Shown here one piece after another: positions 10,286-20,261 of a DNA stretch of 64,000 nucleotides; the stretch's first letter is position 1; each line of letters opens with the position of its first letter. Below the pieces are notes generated by a model. The model was not told the DNA's origin and did no database searches. It was given only the letters and a program-made list of their open reading frames with translations. A program made the position numbers and the translations under genes. Source of the stretch: an uncultured Methanosarcinales archaeon (GTDB lineage Archaea; Nanobdellota; Nanobdellia; Woesearchaeales; CAZYIM01); the NCBI GenBank assembly GCA_964647565.1, contig CAZYIM010000009.1, forward strand, positions 1 to 64,000, in the 5' to 3' direction.

Positions 10286-11725
10286 ATGTCGCTAGAAAAA
10301 GAAATTGGAAAAAGTAAACGCTTGTTGATGAGTTTAGAGATCCTTGTTAAGAAAATTGACAGAGGTCTGGCTACAGAAGGATGGGAAAACATCAAGCAGG
10401 GTAATTATTCAAGGGGAATTGCTAAGATAAGGGATGCTAACATAGAAGAGAAACCAGGCGACTTTGAAGATCTTAAATATCTGGTGGGTGATAAGATTCG
10501 AGGTATGAATTGGGATGAAGCAACCAACTTTGCTAGCGAGTTTGAATCTGAAATTGATCCAATGATCAATGAAATAATTAACCGTGCACCTAGTTCAGAT
10601 TCCAGTTTAATAGGCACAGGCGGACTTAAACCCAAGCATATAGCTCCTTTGTTCATCAAATTACTTATGAAAACATGCAACAGATCACGGACAAGTGATT
10701 TCTATCAGGGTTTAAATAACTGTTTCTCCAGCTGGGCAGATACTGTACTCGATAGCAATGAAGAAATCACAATCGATCTGGATAAGACACGTTCGGTGGT
10801 TACTTCTTTGAAATATTGGCCAGATGGTTTATTCAGTGATATGCACAGGGGAAGGTTCATATTAAAAGGTAAGTGGGATAATTTGTTTAAATACCCACCA
10901 AGTATTGGAAAATATATGTATGAAGGCGCTTCTTTAGACATCTATTCTGATTTTGAGATGCTGATGGCAGGCGATTACTTGTACGGCGGAAGCTTAACTG
11001 TCCATGGAAAACCTATAAATTCTGGATCAGGCAATATCTTCGGTCTGTATGCAGGACCTTACATGAATTCAGGTTCCATCAGGTTCACCAATGAGATCGG
11101 CTTGAATTATTTATATTCAATCGGAACACATCAATGGGGTGGAAGCATTGGTTTTGATAAGAAAGTATACACCAAATCTTCTAATGCTAAAAAAGACCCA
11201 CAAACCTACAATAGAATGAGTATGCGAGATAAGTTCAAGTATTGCTGCCCATTCAATACTGCCCAATGGCCTGGATTCAATCATGGTAAAGGATATCCTT
11301 ATGAAAACATGATGAAATCTTATCAGTGGCCTGTTATTGGAGTTATGCAACATAATACAATGAAAGGTGGAAAAGATGCTCCCATTATTGATCTAAGAGG
11401 GGGTATTATCTCACCGTATGGCAAATATTACTCTATAGTCGGATATGACAAGACAGATGGAACAATCAAGATAAATTCTGCAATAAACGGAGCGGTCTGC
11501 TATAAGATGAGGGGAGGTGAACTTCATTCAGGAGGGGACATCGATTCAGTATATCTTGATATATGGGATGGGAAGATAACTGTTCCTGCAGGGACAAAGG
11601 CAGAAAGATATTTTTTTGAGGGGAGCGGATTTCGGAACCATGGTAAGATTGTGAATTCAAAAGGCAGAAGATTATATCCCCTGCCAGGTAAAAAGATTGT
11701 AACTATGTTTAAATCGATTAAATGA
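10286..11725 (+). CDS. leader-tagged GXGXG (GltB-C/FwdC-like) beta-helix protein (member 2)
   Basis: start re-called at MSLEKEIGKSKRLL; repeats IGKYMYEG, AGDYLYGG, AGPYMNSG, VCYKMRGG. Confidence 0.7.
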   Translation: MSLEKEIGKSKRLLMSLEILVKKIDRGLATEGWENIKQGNYSRGIAKIRDANIEEKPGDFEDLKYLVGDKIRGMNWDEATNFASEFESEIDPMINEIINRAPSSDSSLIGTGGLKPKHIAPLFIKLLMKTCNRSRTSDFYQGLNNCFSSWADTVLDSNEEITIDLDKTRSVVTSLKYWPDGLFSDMHRGRFILKGKWDNLFKYPPSIGKYMYEGASLDIYSDFEMLMAGDYLYGGSLTVHGKPINSGSGNIFGLYAGPYMNSGSIRFTNEIGLNYLYSIGTHQWGGSIGFDKKVYTKSSNAKKDPQTYNRMSMRDKFKYCCPFNTAQWPGFNHGKGYPYENMMKSYQWPVIGVMQHNTMKGGKDAPIIDLRGGIISPYGKYYSIVGYDKTDGTIKINSAINGAVCYKMRGGELHSGGDIDSVYLDIWDGKITVPAGTKAERYFFEGSGFRNHGKIVNSKGRRLYPLPGKKIVTMFKSIK

Positions 11726-11729
11726 GAAG

Positions 11730-13133
11730 ATGACACTCGAAGAAGATATCAATAAAACAAGGAAAAAGCTTAAGAGGACTAAGTTTAAGAAAGAAAGGAA
11801 ATTTAAGATGAAGTCTTGGATGTGGGGTGCTGCATCAATAGTATTCATCGGCTCAACAATAGGCATAAGCTCCTGGTTAAACAACAATTATTTCCCAAGC
11901 AAACAAACTGTTGCCTCTCAAGACAACACGCAAGTAGTAGCAAGTGTGATTGAAGATACATTAAAAGTAGAACAACCTACTTTAATCGACAACCTGACAA
12001 AGGAATTTACTCCAACAATAGATAGAAAGAGTTCAGACCCTTTGATTGCAGACTTATTAAAGAGAAAAGCAAATGAATATTCAAGTTTACCCAGAGGAAA
12101 AAAATATGCATTTAATGAAGAAAACATTGTTGATATGTTCACAGATCATCAAGGTGCCATATATGCATTATCAGGGGAAAGACCTTATCGTCCAAGTGAG
12201 TTATATCTCAAGAAATTAACTGTAACGTCTAATGAAATAATAGTCAGATCCATGAATATACTTGGGAAACGGATTGCGAGCAATGAAATCTACTTCGGGG
12301 GCTTTGATAAATTTGGAAACGGATATTTCTATACGCATCTGAAGGACATAAAAGGCCAAGGAATTTCAAAACATTATATCCAGATTGAAAAGCTAAGATT
12401 TGACTCTGTCGGAAAGATTGTAAATCGTGAAAAAGCAGGTCTTATCAAGTTTTCAAACAATCCTAAGACTATTAGTTTGCAAGGCGCTTACTGCGATATT
12501 GAAGGCAACCATTACCTTGCAATAGGTCTAACCAGGCCAGGTCACAACGATAGAGGAATCCTGGAGATCGATGGGAAAAATCTTGACTTAACTGCGTTAC
12601 GTGGGCAAGATGAAGTTATTATTTCAGATCTCCACAGCAAAACAAGTAATCAATTCATTAAACTCCCGAATAAGGTAAATTCAAGATACCATTTTAGAGG
12701 CTGGCTAGAATCTGGAGGGGGAGGGACTAAAAGATTCGAAACCTATGATGGAGAATTTTTAATGTGTCCATCAGGAGGTGCTAGTTTCAATGTTTTTAAT
12801 GAAAGTATGGAACGTATTTTTGCCCATGACTATAACAGCAATTACTATGCAAAGGATTCAAGAAACAGGATTATCGAGATTAAACACTGTCACAGGTTTG
12901 TTATAAGTCCCTATGATAATTTCTATGGATTAAGGCGTAATTATCCTCTGATTAGAGTAATTACAATGAAAAAAGACACTAAATGGTGGCCATATCTGGT
13001 TGAAACGATAAGAAATTATGTCGATGATGAAAGGTTGGTTAGTTTCAAAGATCTAAGAGTAGGCGTTGCAGATAACAACCATCTCTATGTTATTGAACCT
13101 GGATTCCTACATAAGATAAACATTAAAAAATGA
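11730..13133 (+). CDS. leader-tagged single-TM protein with probable beta-propeller (member 3)
   Basis: MTLEEDINKTRKKL leader; TM segment WMWGAASIVFIGSTIGI; DHQGAIY and GGFDKFGNGY motifs shared with 18949. Confidence 0.75.
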   Translation: MTLEEDINKTRKKLKRTKFKKERKFKMKSWMWGAASIVFIGSTIGISSWLNNNYFPSKQTVASQDNTQVVASVIEDTLKVEQPTLIDNLTKEFTPTIDRKSSDPLIADLLKRKANEYSSLPRGKKYAFNEENIVDMFTDHQGAIYALSGERPYRPSELYLKKLTVTSNEIIVRSMNILGKRIASNEIYFGGFDKFGNGYFYTHLKDIKGQGISKHYIQIEKLRFDSVGKIVNREKAGLIKFSNNPKTISLQGAYCDIEGNHYLAIGLTRPGHNDRGILEIDGKNLDLTALRGQDEVIISDLHSKTSNQFIKLPNKVNSRYHFRGWLESGGGGTKRFETYDGEFLMCPSGGASFNVFNESMERIFAHDYNSNYYAKDSRNRIIEIKHCHRFVISPYDNFYGLRRNYPLIRVITMKKDTKWWPYLVETIRNYVDDERLVSFKDLRVGVADNNHLYVIEPGFLHKINIKK

Positions 13134-13777
13134 CACTTGAAAAAGATGTAAAAGAAACAAAAAGCATGCTTGATGGCATGGTTATCAAAACAGATTTAAA
13201 AGCAAATAGATTGGAAAAAGAAAAAAAAATAAGGCAGTTGCTTGAACAAGCCAAAATAAAGGATCACGCGAGGGATTGGGGTACGGCTCAAGATCTTATT
13301 AATCAAGCCAGGAAGCTGGGTGCAGATGATAGTTTGTTTTTTGCAGATTCAATTGCCAAGTTCAGACAAAAACAATATGATCAGGCTATCGAAGCAATTG
13401 ACATGGCTCTATTATTAGATTCGCAAAATGAACAGTACTTCCTTCAACGAGGCCGTACTAAAATGGAAATGGGTCGATATAATGATGCGATTGAAGATTT
13501 TGATTTAGCGATAAAATATAAGCTTAGATATTGGGAAGCTTATTATAACAAAGGCCTGTGCTATGAAAAACTGAACGACACTGGCCAAGCATATGATGCA
13601 TATCACAGCATTTGGTATAACGGAGGGGAATACTCAGATACTGAACAAAGAATGGCAATGCTAAATAGAAAAAATAAAGAAAATCAGGACAAAATGGCGG
13701 AGTATATACATAACAATTCGTTCGAAGGTAAGCTAGAAAATGCCTTTAGGAAAATATTCAGAAGAAAAAAGAAATAA
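13130..13777 (+). CDS. leader-tagged TPR protein (member 4)
   Basis: MTLEKDVKETKSML leader; YNDAIEDFDLAI and AYYNKGLCY TPR motifs. Confidence 0.85.
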   Translation: MTLEKDVKETKSMLDGMVIKTDLKANRLEKEKKIRQLLEQAKIKDHARDWGTAQDLINQARKLGADDSLFFADSIAKFRQKQYDQAIEAIDMALLLDSQNEQYFLQRGRTKMEMGRYNDAIEDFDLAIKYKLRYWEAYYNKGLCYEKLNDTGQAYDAYHSIWYNGGEYSDTEQRMAMLNRKNKENQDKMAEYIHNNSFEGKLENAFRKIFRRKKK

Positions 13778-13778
13778 G

Positions 13779-14285
13779 ATGTCACTAGAAAAAGAGATCA
13801 AGAAATGGAAAGGTAAACTAAAGGATTTGGTTTTTAAGCTGAAACCTCCTGAAGAGGATCCAGTTGAGCGGGCAAGGAGGATCAGATTGGATAGCTTTAA
13901 GCATCATTATAGATTGGGTAAGAACAAACAGGAATTGAATGATCTTGATGGTGCTGTTGCTGAATATGTTAGAGCCCTTAAGTATGAACCTACTAATGTT
14001 GACTCATTACACAGGATAGGTAAAATCAAAATGCAACAGGAGGCTTGGGAGACTGCCATCCATTATCTAGATAGGGCGTTAAGACTGGATCCTGATCACC
14101 TAACAGCATATTTTGATAGAGGATATGCAAAAGCAAAATTAGGCGATGAGCAAGGCCAGCACAAAGATTATGAAAAAGGCTTGGAACTAAATCCTAATAT
14201 GAATGCAGCTACATCATTGGTTGCTGCTTCGAGAAAAAAAGAACAAGATATATTGGATGCCTTTGATGGCAAGAGGAGGAAATAG
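13779..14285 (+). CDS. leader-tagged TPR protein (member 5)
   Basis: start re-called at MSLEKEIKKWKGKL; ALRLDPDHLTAYFDRG TPR motif. Confidence 0.85.
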   Translation: MSLEKEIKKWKGKLKDLVFKLKPPEEDPVERARRIRLDSFKHHYRLGKNKQELNDLDGAVAEYVRALKYEPTNVDSLHRIGKIKMQQEAWETAIHYLDRALRLDPDHLTAYFDRGYAKAKLGDEQGQHKDYEKGLELNPNMNAATSLVAASRKKEQDILDAFDGKRRK

Positions 14286-14286
14286 T

Positions 14287-14817
14287 GTGGCATTGGAAGA
14301 AGAGATCAGCAAAACAAAAAAGTTGTTAGACTATATAGAAATAATCTCTCATGATAAAGATATTGAAAAATACTTACCAAGGACCTGGTTAATTGGACCT
14401 AAGGATAGGTCTAAATTGGCTTATTCAAAAGCTTACTATAAAAGGGTGGTGGATAAAACTTACAATGGCACTGACTTTAGCGGAATAGATGATCTAAATA
14501 TTTGTTTGGCTCTCAACCCATACCATGTCCAAGCTTTATATAGACGAGGAAAATTCAATTTAAAGCATAATCATTACCGCAAAGCTATTGCTGATTTCGA
14601 CAGAATAATTAACATAAATCCTAATTATGTAGATGTTTATTTACAACGATCTTTCGCAAAACATAAATTAGGTATTAGATGGGATGCAGAGGAAGATAGA
14701 AAGAAAATGTATGATATCATCAAGAAGAACGGTGGTAAGCTCCTTGGAATATCGAATAAAGCATTTTCAAAAATAATAAATGATGACGCAATGAGCGTAA
14801 TAAATAGAATAAAATGA
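14287..14817 (+). CDS. leader-tagged TPR protein (member 6)
   Basis: GTG start giving MALEEEISKTKKLL; AIADFDRIININPNY TPR motif. Confidence 0.8.
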   Translation: MALEEEISKTKKLLDYIEIISHDKDIEKYLPRTWLIGPKDRSKLAYSKAYYKRVVDKTYNGTDFSGIDDLNICLALNPYHVQALYRRGKFNLKHNHYRKAIADFDRIININPNYVDVYLQRSFAKHKLGIRWDAEEDRKKMYDIIKKNGGKLLGISNKAFSKIINDDAMSVINRIK

Positions 14818-15536
14818 CACTAGACCAAGAAGTACAGAAAATGAAGCAACTGCTAGATACTCTTGAGATGCATGTAATGTTGCCTTCTGAATCAGAAGAG
14901 AAAGATCCCATCAAAAAGTGGATGGATGAACGAGAATCCGTAAAAAAATTCATCGATACAATTAGTTTTTGGGTGACGGATTCTTATCTTGAAGGCATTA
15001 AGGCAGTTTTCAAAGAAATTCCTGAAAATAAAAATATTGTTGACTATAACTTTATTGAAACTGCAAAGCTCAAGGATATTTGGGTAGAAACTATGACTAC
15101 TTATTTAGAAGATCGCGTGCTGAAGTACTTCGGGATTAATGAGAAAGATGATCTAAAAACACCTATGTTGATGAAGTCTACAATAGGCCTTTCTTCACAC
15201 GACCTTAAAAATATCATAGATGAATATGGAAAAGACTACACTTTACAAAAGCATAATCTATTAACAGAACTATTAGAAGAAAAGATCACTAAAAGACTTT
15301 ATACTGATGTGGGTGCCCATCTAAATGATGAACATGTTGAAGATGTGATCAAATGCATAGAAAGTCTGGATGCCACGCATTTCTTAGATGTTAAGAATAT
15401 GTCAATAAAGGATGCTCTTGAGATGTATGATCTATATGCAGAAAGTAATGGATTATTTACTCCAAAATATATCAAGGATCATTTTGTGGATAAGAAACAA
15501 GAGATCCCTAAATATCTTACAATTATTCCGCCTTAG
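14814..15536 (+). CDS. leader-tagged hypothetical helical protein (member 7)
   Basis: MTLDQEVQKMKQLL leader; ATGA overlap with the previous gene. Confidence 0.8.
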   Translation: MTLDQEVQKMKQLLDTLEMHVMLPSESEEKDPIKKWMDERESVKKFIDTISFWVTDSYLEGIKAVFKEIPENKNIVDYNFIETAKLKDIWVETMTTYLEDRVLKYFGINEKDDLKTPMLMKSTIGLSSHDLKNIIDEYGKDYTLQKHNLLTELLEEKITKRLYTDVGAHLNDEHVEDVIKCIESLDATHFLDVKNMSIKDALEMYDLYAESNGLFTPKYIKDHFVDKKQEIPKYLTIIPP

Positions 15537-16254
15537 GCTTCTTGGCCAGGTTCCATAGAATCTTGAAATATTTTCTGTACGCATTAGCGATCTCCTGGCT
15601 CCTTATCAGGATGATCAATGGCTCTTTTGACCACAGAATCAGGCTTACATACTCACCACATATGGATGTGGTTACAGGACTGTCAAATTCTCTTGGCAAT
15701 AGTCTTGCTTCTGTATAGGGTAATTTGTTAAGAAAATGCATCCTGTCCAATGCATCGGCATTGTATATATGATCCATCTGTATCTTCAGTTCTTTTCTCC
15801 TGTTATGGTAATTAGTCAGGAAAGGACCTATCATCTTGGCCACATCAGCTATGACGCCATAGGTATAGATGGTCTGTTTTTGCTTTAAAAATAATTCAAG
15901 CATGTTTTTTGTTGCTCTAATGCCTTCGAATATCTTAGCTTCGCTCTTTTTAGACATCTGTTTTGCAAGTGCAAGCTGCGGCAGGGCTTTAGAAAGCTTG
16001 TCTTCTTTTTCTTTGAGCATGTCCATCAGCCGCTCTGGATCGCTGGCTTCAAAGTATTTGGTCTTATCCTTTAGAATATATGCCACAAGACCTTTGTCTA
16101 TCAGTCTTTTCAATGCATCATAGACATTAGTCCTATGTACGCCGCTCTTTTCTGATATCTTGCCTGCAACTGAACAACCCAGTTCTAGAAGTGCCAGATA
16201 TACTTTGGCCTCGTTGTCCGAAAGACCGATTTCTTGAAGGATTTCTTCATCCAT
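15523..16254 (-). CDS. TrmB-family transcriptional regulator
   Basis: LQEIGLSDNEAKVYLALLELG...HRTNVYDALKRLIDKGLV wHTH; start taken at MDEEIL. Confidence 0.9.
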   Translation of the reverse strand: MDEEILQEIGLSDNEAKVYLALLELGCSVAGKISEKSGVHRTNVYDALKRLIDKGLVAYILKDKTKYFEASDPERLMDMLKEKEDKLSKALPQLALAKQMSKKSEAKIFEGIRATKNMLELFLKQKQTIYTYGVIADVAKMIGPFLTNYHNRRKELKIQMDHIYNADALDRMHFLNKLPYTEARLLPREFDSPVTTSICGEYVSLILWSKEPLIILIRSQEIANAYRKYFKILWNLAKKPKAE

Positions 16255-16345
16255 TTTTAGTTCTTTTAATGGTATGATAGTTTTAATAATTTCCGGAAAA
16301 AACTTCGGAATGTAAAAAAACATCCGTTTTCATCACTGTATGATG

Positions 16346-16360
16346 GAAAAGCTTATAAAT
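16346..16360 (+). promoter_or_regulatory. putative BRE-TATA promoter for the second half of the array
   Basis: GAAAAGCTTATAAAT, similar to the element at 5058; imperfect inverted repeats nearby at 16291-16310 and 16327-16349. Confidence 0.5.
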
Positions 16361-16423
16361 TTTCCTATCTTACCGAAGGTCATTATTCAAGATAATATAT
16401 AAAGCTGGCAGGGGGTAATAAAA

Positions 16424-17686
16424 GTGTCGTTAGATGGCGATATCGAGAGAGCGAGGAAAGACTTGCAAAGTATGGATTTCAACACGAGATCCATAGACAA
16501 AGTCAAGAGCAAAAAGGAACTTGAGATAGAAAAGAAACACAGTTATGGGTTTCGGACATTGATGGGGAACAATGGCCGTACAGGATATGCTCATTTCCAG
16601 ACGCCTAAAGAAGATCAAACTTGGTTATTACTTCTTCAAACTAGCTATGGTTTAAAGGGTTTCAAAAAGTTAATGGATGAAAAAGTCTTTGATGCCAAAC
16701 TTCATGAAAAGATGGATTTCATCCAATTCTCAGCACCTAATATAGCTGCAGGATATAACCGTATTTTCTCAGTAGGAGATAACTTTATCAAGATATTTAA
16801 TTTCAAGGGAGACTTGATCAATAATGTGATTTTGGATTCTGGAATGCCTATAAAATTCGATCCTGTTTACTATAATAATAGTCTGCTAATTCACGGTATG
16901 GAAACTGAAATGCAGTGCTTTGACAGGGATGGAGAGTTAAAATGGACATATGATACTGGATGTCACGGTAGAAAAAATCCGCCTACCATGTTGAACGATG
17001 CTATTTATCATATCAAGGGCACATCAGATACAATTGCTGTTGCCCTTAATTATAATGGAAAAGAGATTTGGAGCTATGACAATGTGAAAGATGTTGAATC
17101 ATCTCCCGTAGTTATTGGTTATGGAAAAGATAGAAAAATCATATATGGAACACAGGATGGACTCATCGCTTTGAATCATAAAGGTAAATTGAAGTGGAGA
17201 TTCAAAACAGAAAAACCAAGCGAATGGATGAACAGGAGACCACCGACCTGCACATTTAAGGAAGACAAGCTTTTCTATTGTATGCCTGAAAGAAATAAGC
17301 TCTATTGCGTGAATCCTAAAAAGGGAAAATTACTTTGGGAAACAAATATTCCAATGAATGAAGAAGAGTTTGATTATCCTCCATCTGTCCTGGATAATCG
17401 TCTTTTTATGCCAGGATATGGAAAAGTGACAGCTTATGAGATTCAGAAAAAAGGACTGAAAAAACTCTGGGACGTTAATGTGGAAGAAGGGCAGTGTACA
17501 ACACCCACCATCATGTATGGAGGACGAGTAATCATGTTTAAGAACTTTCTAAAAAAAGCAACTTTTAGTGATGACAACAAGCTGAGCTTAGTTATTGATA
17601 ATGAAAGCAAGCCGCTTGACAAATCAGATGTTGATATTGCAGCATTGCCAATGAGTATCGGAATAGACAAACACCTTATTGCATAA
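16424..17686 (+). CDS. leader-tagged PQQ/BamB-like beta-propeller (member 8)
   Basis: GTG start, MSLDGDIERARKDL; NNGRTG, CFDRDGELKW, GKLKWRF and GKLLWE motifs. Confidence 0.85.
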   Translation: MSLDGDIERARKDLQSMDFNTRSIDKVKSKKELEIEKKHSYGFRTLMGNNGRTGYAHFQTPKEDQTWLLLLQTSYGLKGFKKLMDEKVFDAKLHEKMDFIQFSAPNIAAGYNRIFSVGDNFIKIFNFKGDLINNVILDSGMPIKFDPVYYNNSLLIHGMETEMQCFDRDGELKWTYDTGCHGRKNPPTMLNDAIYHIKGTSDTIAVALNYNGKEIWSYDNVKDVESSPVVIGYGKDRKIIYGTQDGLIALNHKGKLKWRFKTEKPSEWMNRRPPTCTFKEDKLFYCMPERNKLYCVNPKKGKLLWETNIPMNEEEFDYPPSVLDNRLFMPGYGKVTAYEIQKKGLKKLWDVNVEEGQCTTPTIMYGGRVIMFKNFLKKATFSDDNKLSLVIDNESKPLDKSDVDIAALPMSIGIDKHLIA

Positions 17687-17687
17687 A

Positions 17688-18947
17688 ATGCCACTTGAAA
17701 AAGACATTGAAGGACTGAGAAAAAGTCTGAGAAGCATAGAGTTTAGCACAAGAAGAATAGATAAAGAACAGAGTAGAAGAGAACTTAAGATAGAAGAAAA
17801 AAATAATTTTGGATTTAAAACCTGGATGGAAAACTTTGCACGAACAGGATATTCTAATTTCCAAACATCTAAAAAAGAGGGTGATTGGCTACTTATTTTC
17901 CAAACAACCAATTATCTATTTGGCTATAAAAAACTGTTTTCAGATCAACTCTTTAAGGTCAAGCTTTCTGAAAAGATGGATTTTTTTGATTATTTGGTTC
18001 CAAACCTAGCTGCAAGTTACAACAGAATATTTTGTGCAGGACACAACTTTCTGAAGGTCTTTGATTTCAAGGGTAATGAAATAAACAGCATTTTACTGGA
18101 GCAAGCAATGATACCTAATAGGGAAGATCCTGTTTATTATGAAAACAGCCTGATAATAACTGGTTTTGATAACATGATGCACTGTTTTGATAGGGATGGA
18201 GAGTTAAAATGGCAGTATGACACCGAGGTTCAGGGTAGAAAAACACCTCCTACCATGACCAATGATGCTATCTATCACATAAAAAACTTGGCTAAAAGGT
18301 TAGCGGTTGCTATTGATTATAATGGAAAGGAACTCTGGACTTTTGATAAGATCGAGAAACTCGAATCATCTCCAGTAATCTACAAAAGAGGGTTTCAACA
18401 ATATATAATCTACGGAACACAGGATGGATTGATAGCGCTAGATAAAAAAGGAAGATTAAAATGGAGATTCCAGACTGATAAACCTCAGGAATATAGTAAA
18501 AGACGTCCTCCCACGTTAATGAATGAAAAGATATTCTATTGTATGCCTGAAAGAAACAAGATATGCTGTGTAGATGCACGTAAAGGTAAACTGCTTTGGG
18601 ATGCTAATGTTCCTATGAACGAAGAAGAGTTTGATTATCCTCCATCTGTCACAGAAGAACGTTTATTTATGCCAGGTTACGGCAAGATAACTGCCTACAA
18701 GATCCAGAAAACGGGGTTAGACAAACTCTGGGATGTAGAAGTGGGAGAAGGAAACTGCACAACACCAGCTATTGCGTATGGAGGGTATGTTATTATGTTT
18801 CGGCATAATCCAACAAAAAAAAGTTTCAATATGGATCGAAAAATGATCCTGGTATTTGATAAACTTGATGAAGGAATTGAAAAGATGGAATATAATATAT
18901 CTGCATTACCTATAACAATAGGAGTAGACAAACACCTTATTGAATAA
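17688..18947 (+). CDS. leader-tagged PQQ/BamB-like beta-propeller (member 9), close paralog of member 8
   Basis: start re-called at MPLEKDIEGLRKSL; identical blocks such as PMNEEEFDYPPSV and FYCMPERNK. Confidence 0.85.
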   Translation: MPLEKDIEGLRKSLRSIEFSTRRIDKEQSRRELKIEEKNNFGFKTWMENFARTGYSNFQTSKKEGDWLLIFQTTNYLFGYKKLFSDQLFKVKLSEKMDFFDYLVPNLAASYNRIFCAGHNFLKVFDFKGNEINSILLEQAMIPNREDPVYYENSLIITGFDNMMHCFDRDGELKWQYDTEVQGRKTPPTMTNDAIYHIKNLAKRLAVAIDYNGKELWTFDKIEKLESSPVIYKRGFQQYIIYGTQDGLIALDKKGRLKWRFQTDKPQEYSKRRPPTLMNEKIFYCMPERNKICCVDARKGKLLWDANVPMNEEEFDYPPSVTEERLFMPGYGKITAYKIQKTGLDKLWDVEVGEGNCTTPAIAYGGYVIMFRHNPTKKSFNMDRKMILVFDKLDEGIEKMEYNISALPITIGVDKHLIE

Positions 18948-18948
18948 A

Positions 18949-20256
18949 ATGTCGCTGACAAGAAACATCAGGAATCTTAGGAAAGAAACAGACGGTTTTG
19001 AATTCACAAAAGTAAATAAAAAAAGACCATTTTGGCAAAGAGCATTGATGTGGGGAGGGGGAGCTGTATTATTTCTAGGTATAAGCATAACGGCCAGCGT
19101 TTTCATAATGAAAAACATGCTGGGTTATGAGAAACCGCAGTCTCAACAAGAAGTTGTGCCACCCCCAATTGAACCTAAAGTTAAAACAACTGTAGTAAAA
19201 GACACGCTTGAGAAAATAGTTGAAGAAGAAAAAGAACCTGAACTGATCAAGCCAACATTTGAAGTATTAAGAGCACCAGCAGGAACAGAAGACCTGATTA
19301 CCGATCCGTTTGGAAATTTCTACATCCTGACAAAAACCAATGCAGGAACAAAGTTAGAACAATACAAAGGTTCAACATTTTGCAAATATGCTTCTATACG
19401 AAAAATAATGAACCTAGAAAAAGGAGAAATATTCGGCGGCTTTGATTTTAAAGGGATAGGATATTATTATCGTATATCAAATATTGAAGATATACCTTAC
19501 GAAACAGGCAGTTTTAATCTAAACATATCAAATTTTGAAATGACTAATCCGAGTTATGTTAAGAAAATTAGTAAAAAAATCACTTATAACAATGGTAAGG
19601 ACAGAAGTGAAGATTATACATTACCCAAATCATACCCTAATAGTTATGAAGCTTTATCAGCTCCAAAACTGGTAGATGGAAAAGTGTCGCCTAAAGGTAA
19701 TAATTATATATTAATACAGTTAGATCGGAAAAAGCGTCTTGCAACAAAATGGGGACGAGAAAGTGGTTCTATAACTGAAGAGTATTTTGCCAGCTTTTTA
19801 TTATTTGATAAACTAGGAAATTTAATAAAAACCAATTATGAAAATAAAGAGAAACATTTTCTTAGTTCAGAATATCCTGATTTTTCAAATGCCAGAATTT
19901 CAACGTGGGATGGAAAAAGAGTTAATGTATTAAAATTGTCAACACTAGGTATTTTTATTTATGATGAATTTTGGGAACTTCAGGAAGGTTTTGGCAAATT
20001 TGGTAATTCAATTGGACAATTTATACGTCCACAAGATATAGCAATTAGTCCCAATAACAAGATCTATGTTGTTGATACAGGCAACAATAGAATTCAAAAA
20101 TTTAGCTCAACTGGCAATTTTCTTAAAAGTTTAGGTGAGTATGGCGCCAACCCAGGTCAATTCGACAATCCTACAAGGATTGTTGTGGATCAGAATCAAA
20201 ACATCTACGTCTATGACAAGGGCAACAACAGGATACAGAAAATAAGCAACTGGTAA
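18949..20256 (+). CDS. leader-tagged single-TM NHL-repeat protein (member 10)
   Basis: start re-called at MSLTRNIRNLRKE; TM segment; PQDIAISPNNKIYVVDTGNNRIQKF NHL repeat. Confidence 0.85.
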   Translation: MSLTRNIRNLRKETDGFEFTKVNKKRPFWQRALMWGGGAVLFLGISITASVFIMKNMLGYEKPQSQQEVVPPPIEPKVKTTVVKDTLEKIVEEEKEPELIKPTFEVLRAPAGTEDLITDPFGNFYILTKTNAGTKLEQYKGSTFCKYASIRKIMNLEKGEIFGGFDFKGIGYYYRISNIEDIPYETGSFNLNISNFEMTNPSYVKKISKKITYNNGKDRSEDYTLPKSYPNSYEALSAPKLVDGKVSPKGNNYILIQLDRKKRLATKWGRESGSITEEYFASFLLFDKLGNLIKTNYENKEKHFLSSEYPDFSNARISTWDGKRVNVLKLSTLGIFIYDEFWELQEGFGKFGNSIGQFIRPQDIAISPNNKIYVVDTGNNRIQKFSSTGNFLKSLGEYGANPGQFDNPTRIVVDQNQNIYVYDKGNNRIQKISNW

Positions 20257-20261
20257 TTAAA

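Noticed and set aside
14814..15536. Possible paralogy between members 7 and 14
   Set aside because: Only a vague C-terminal resemblance by eye; it cannot be supported without a profile alignment.
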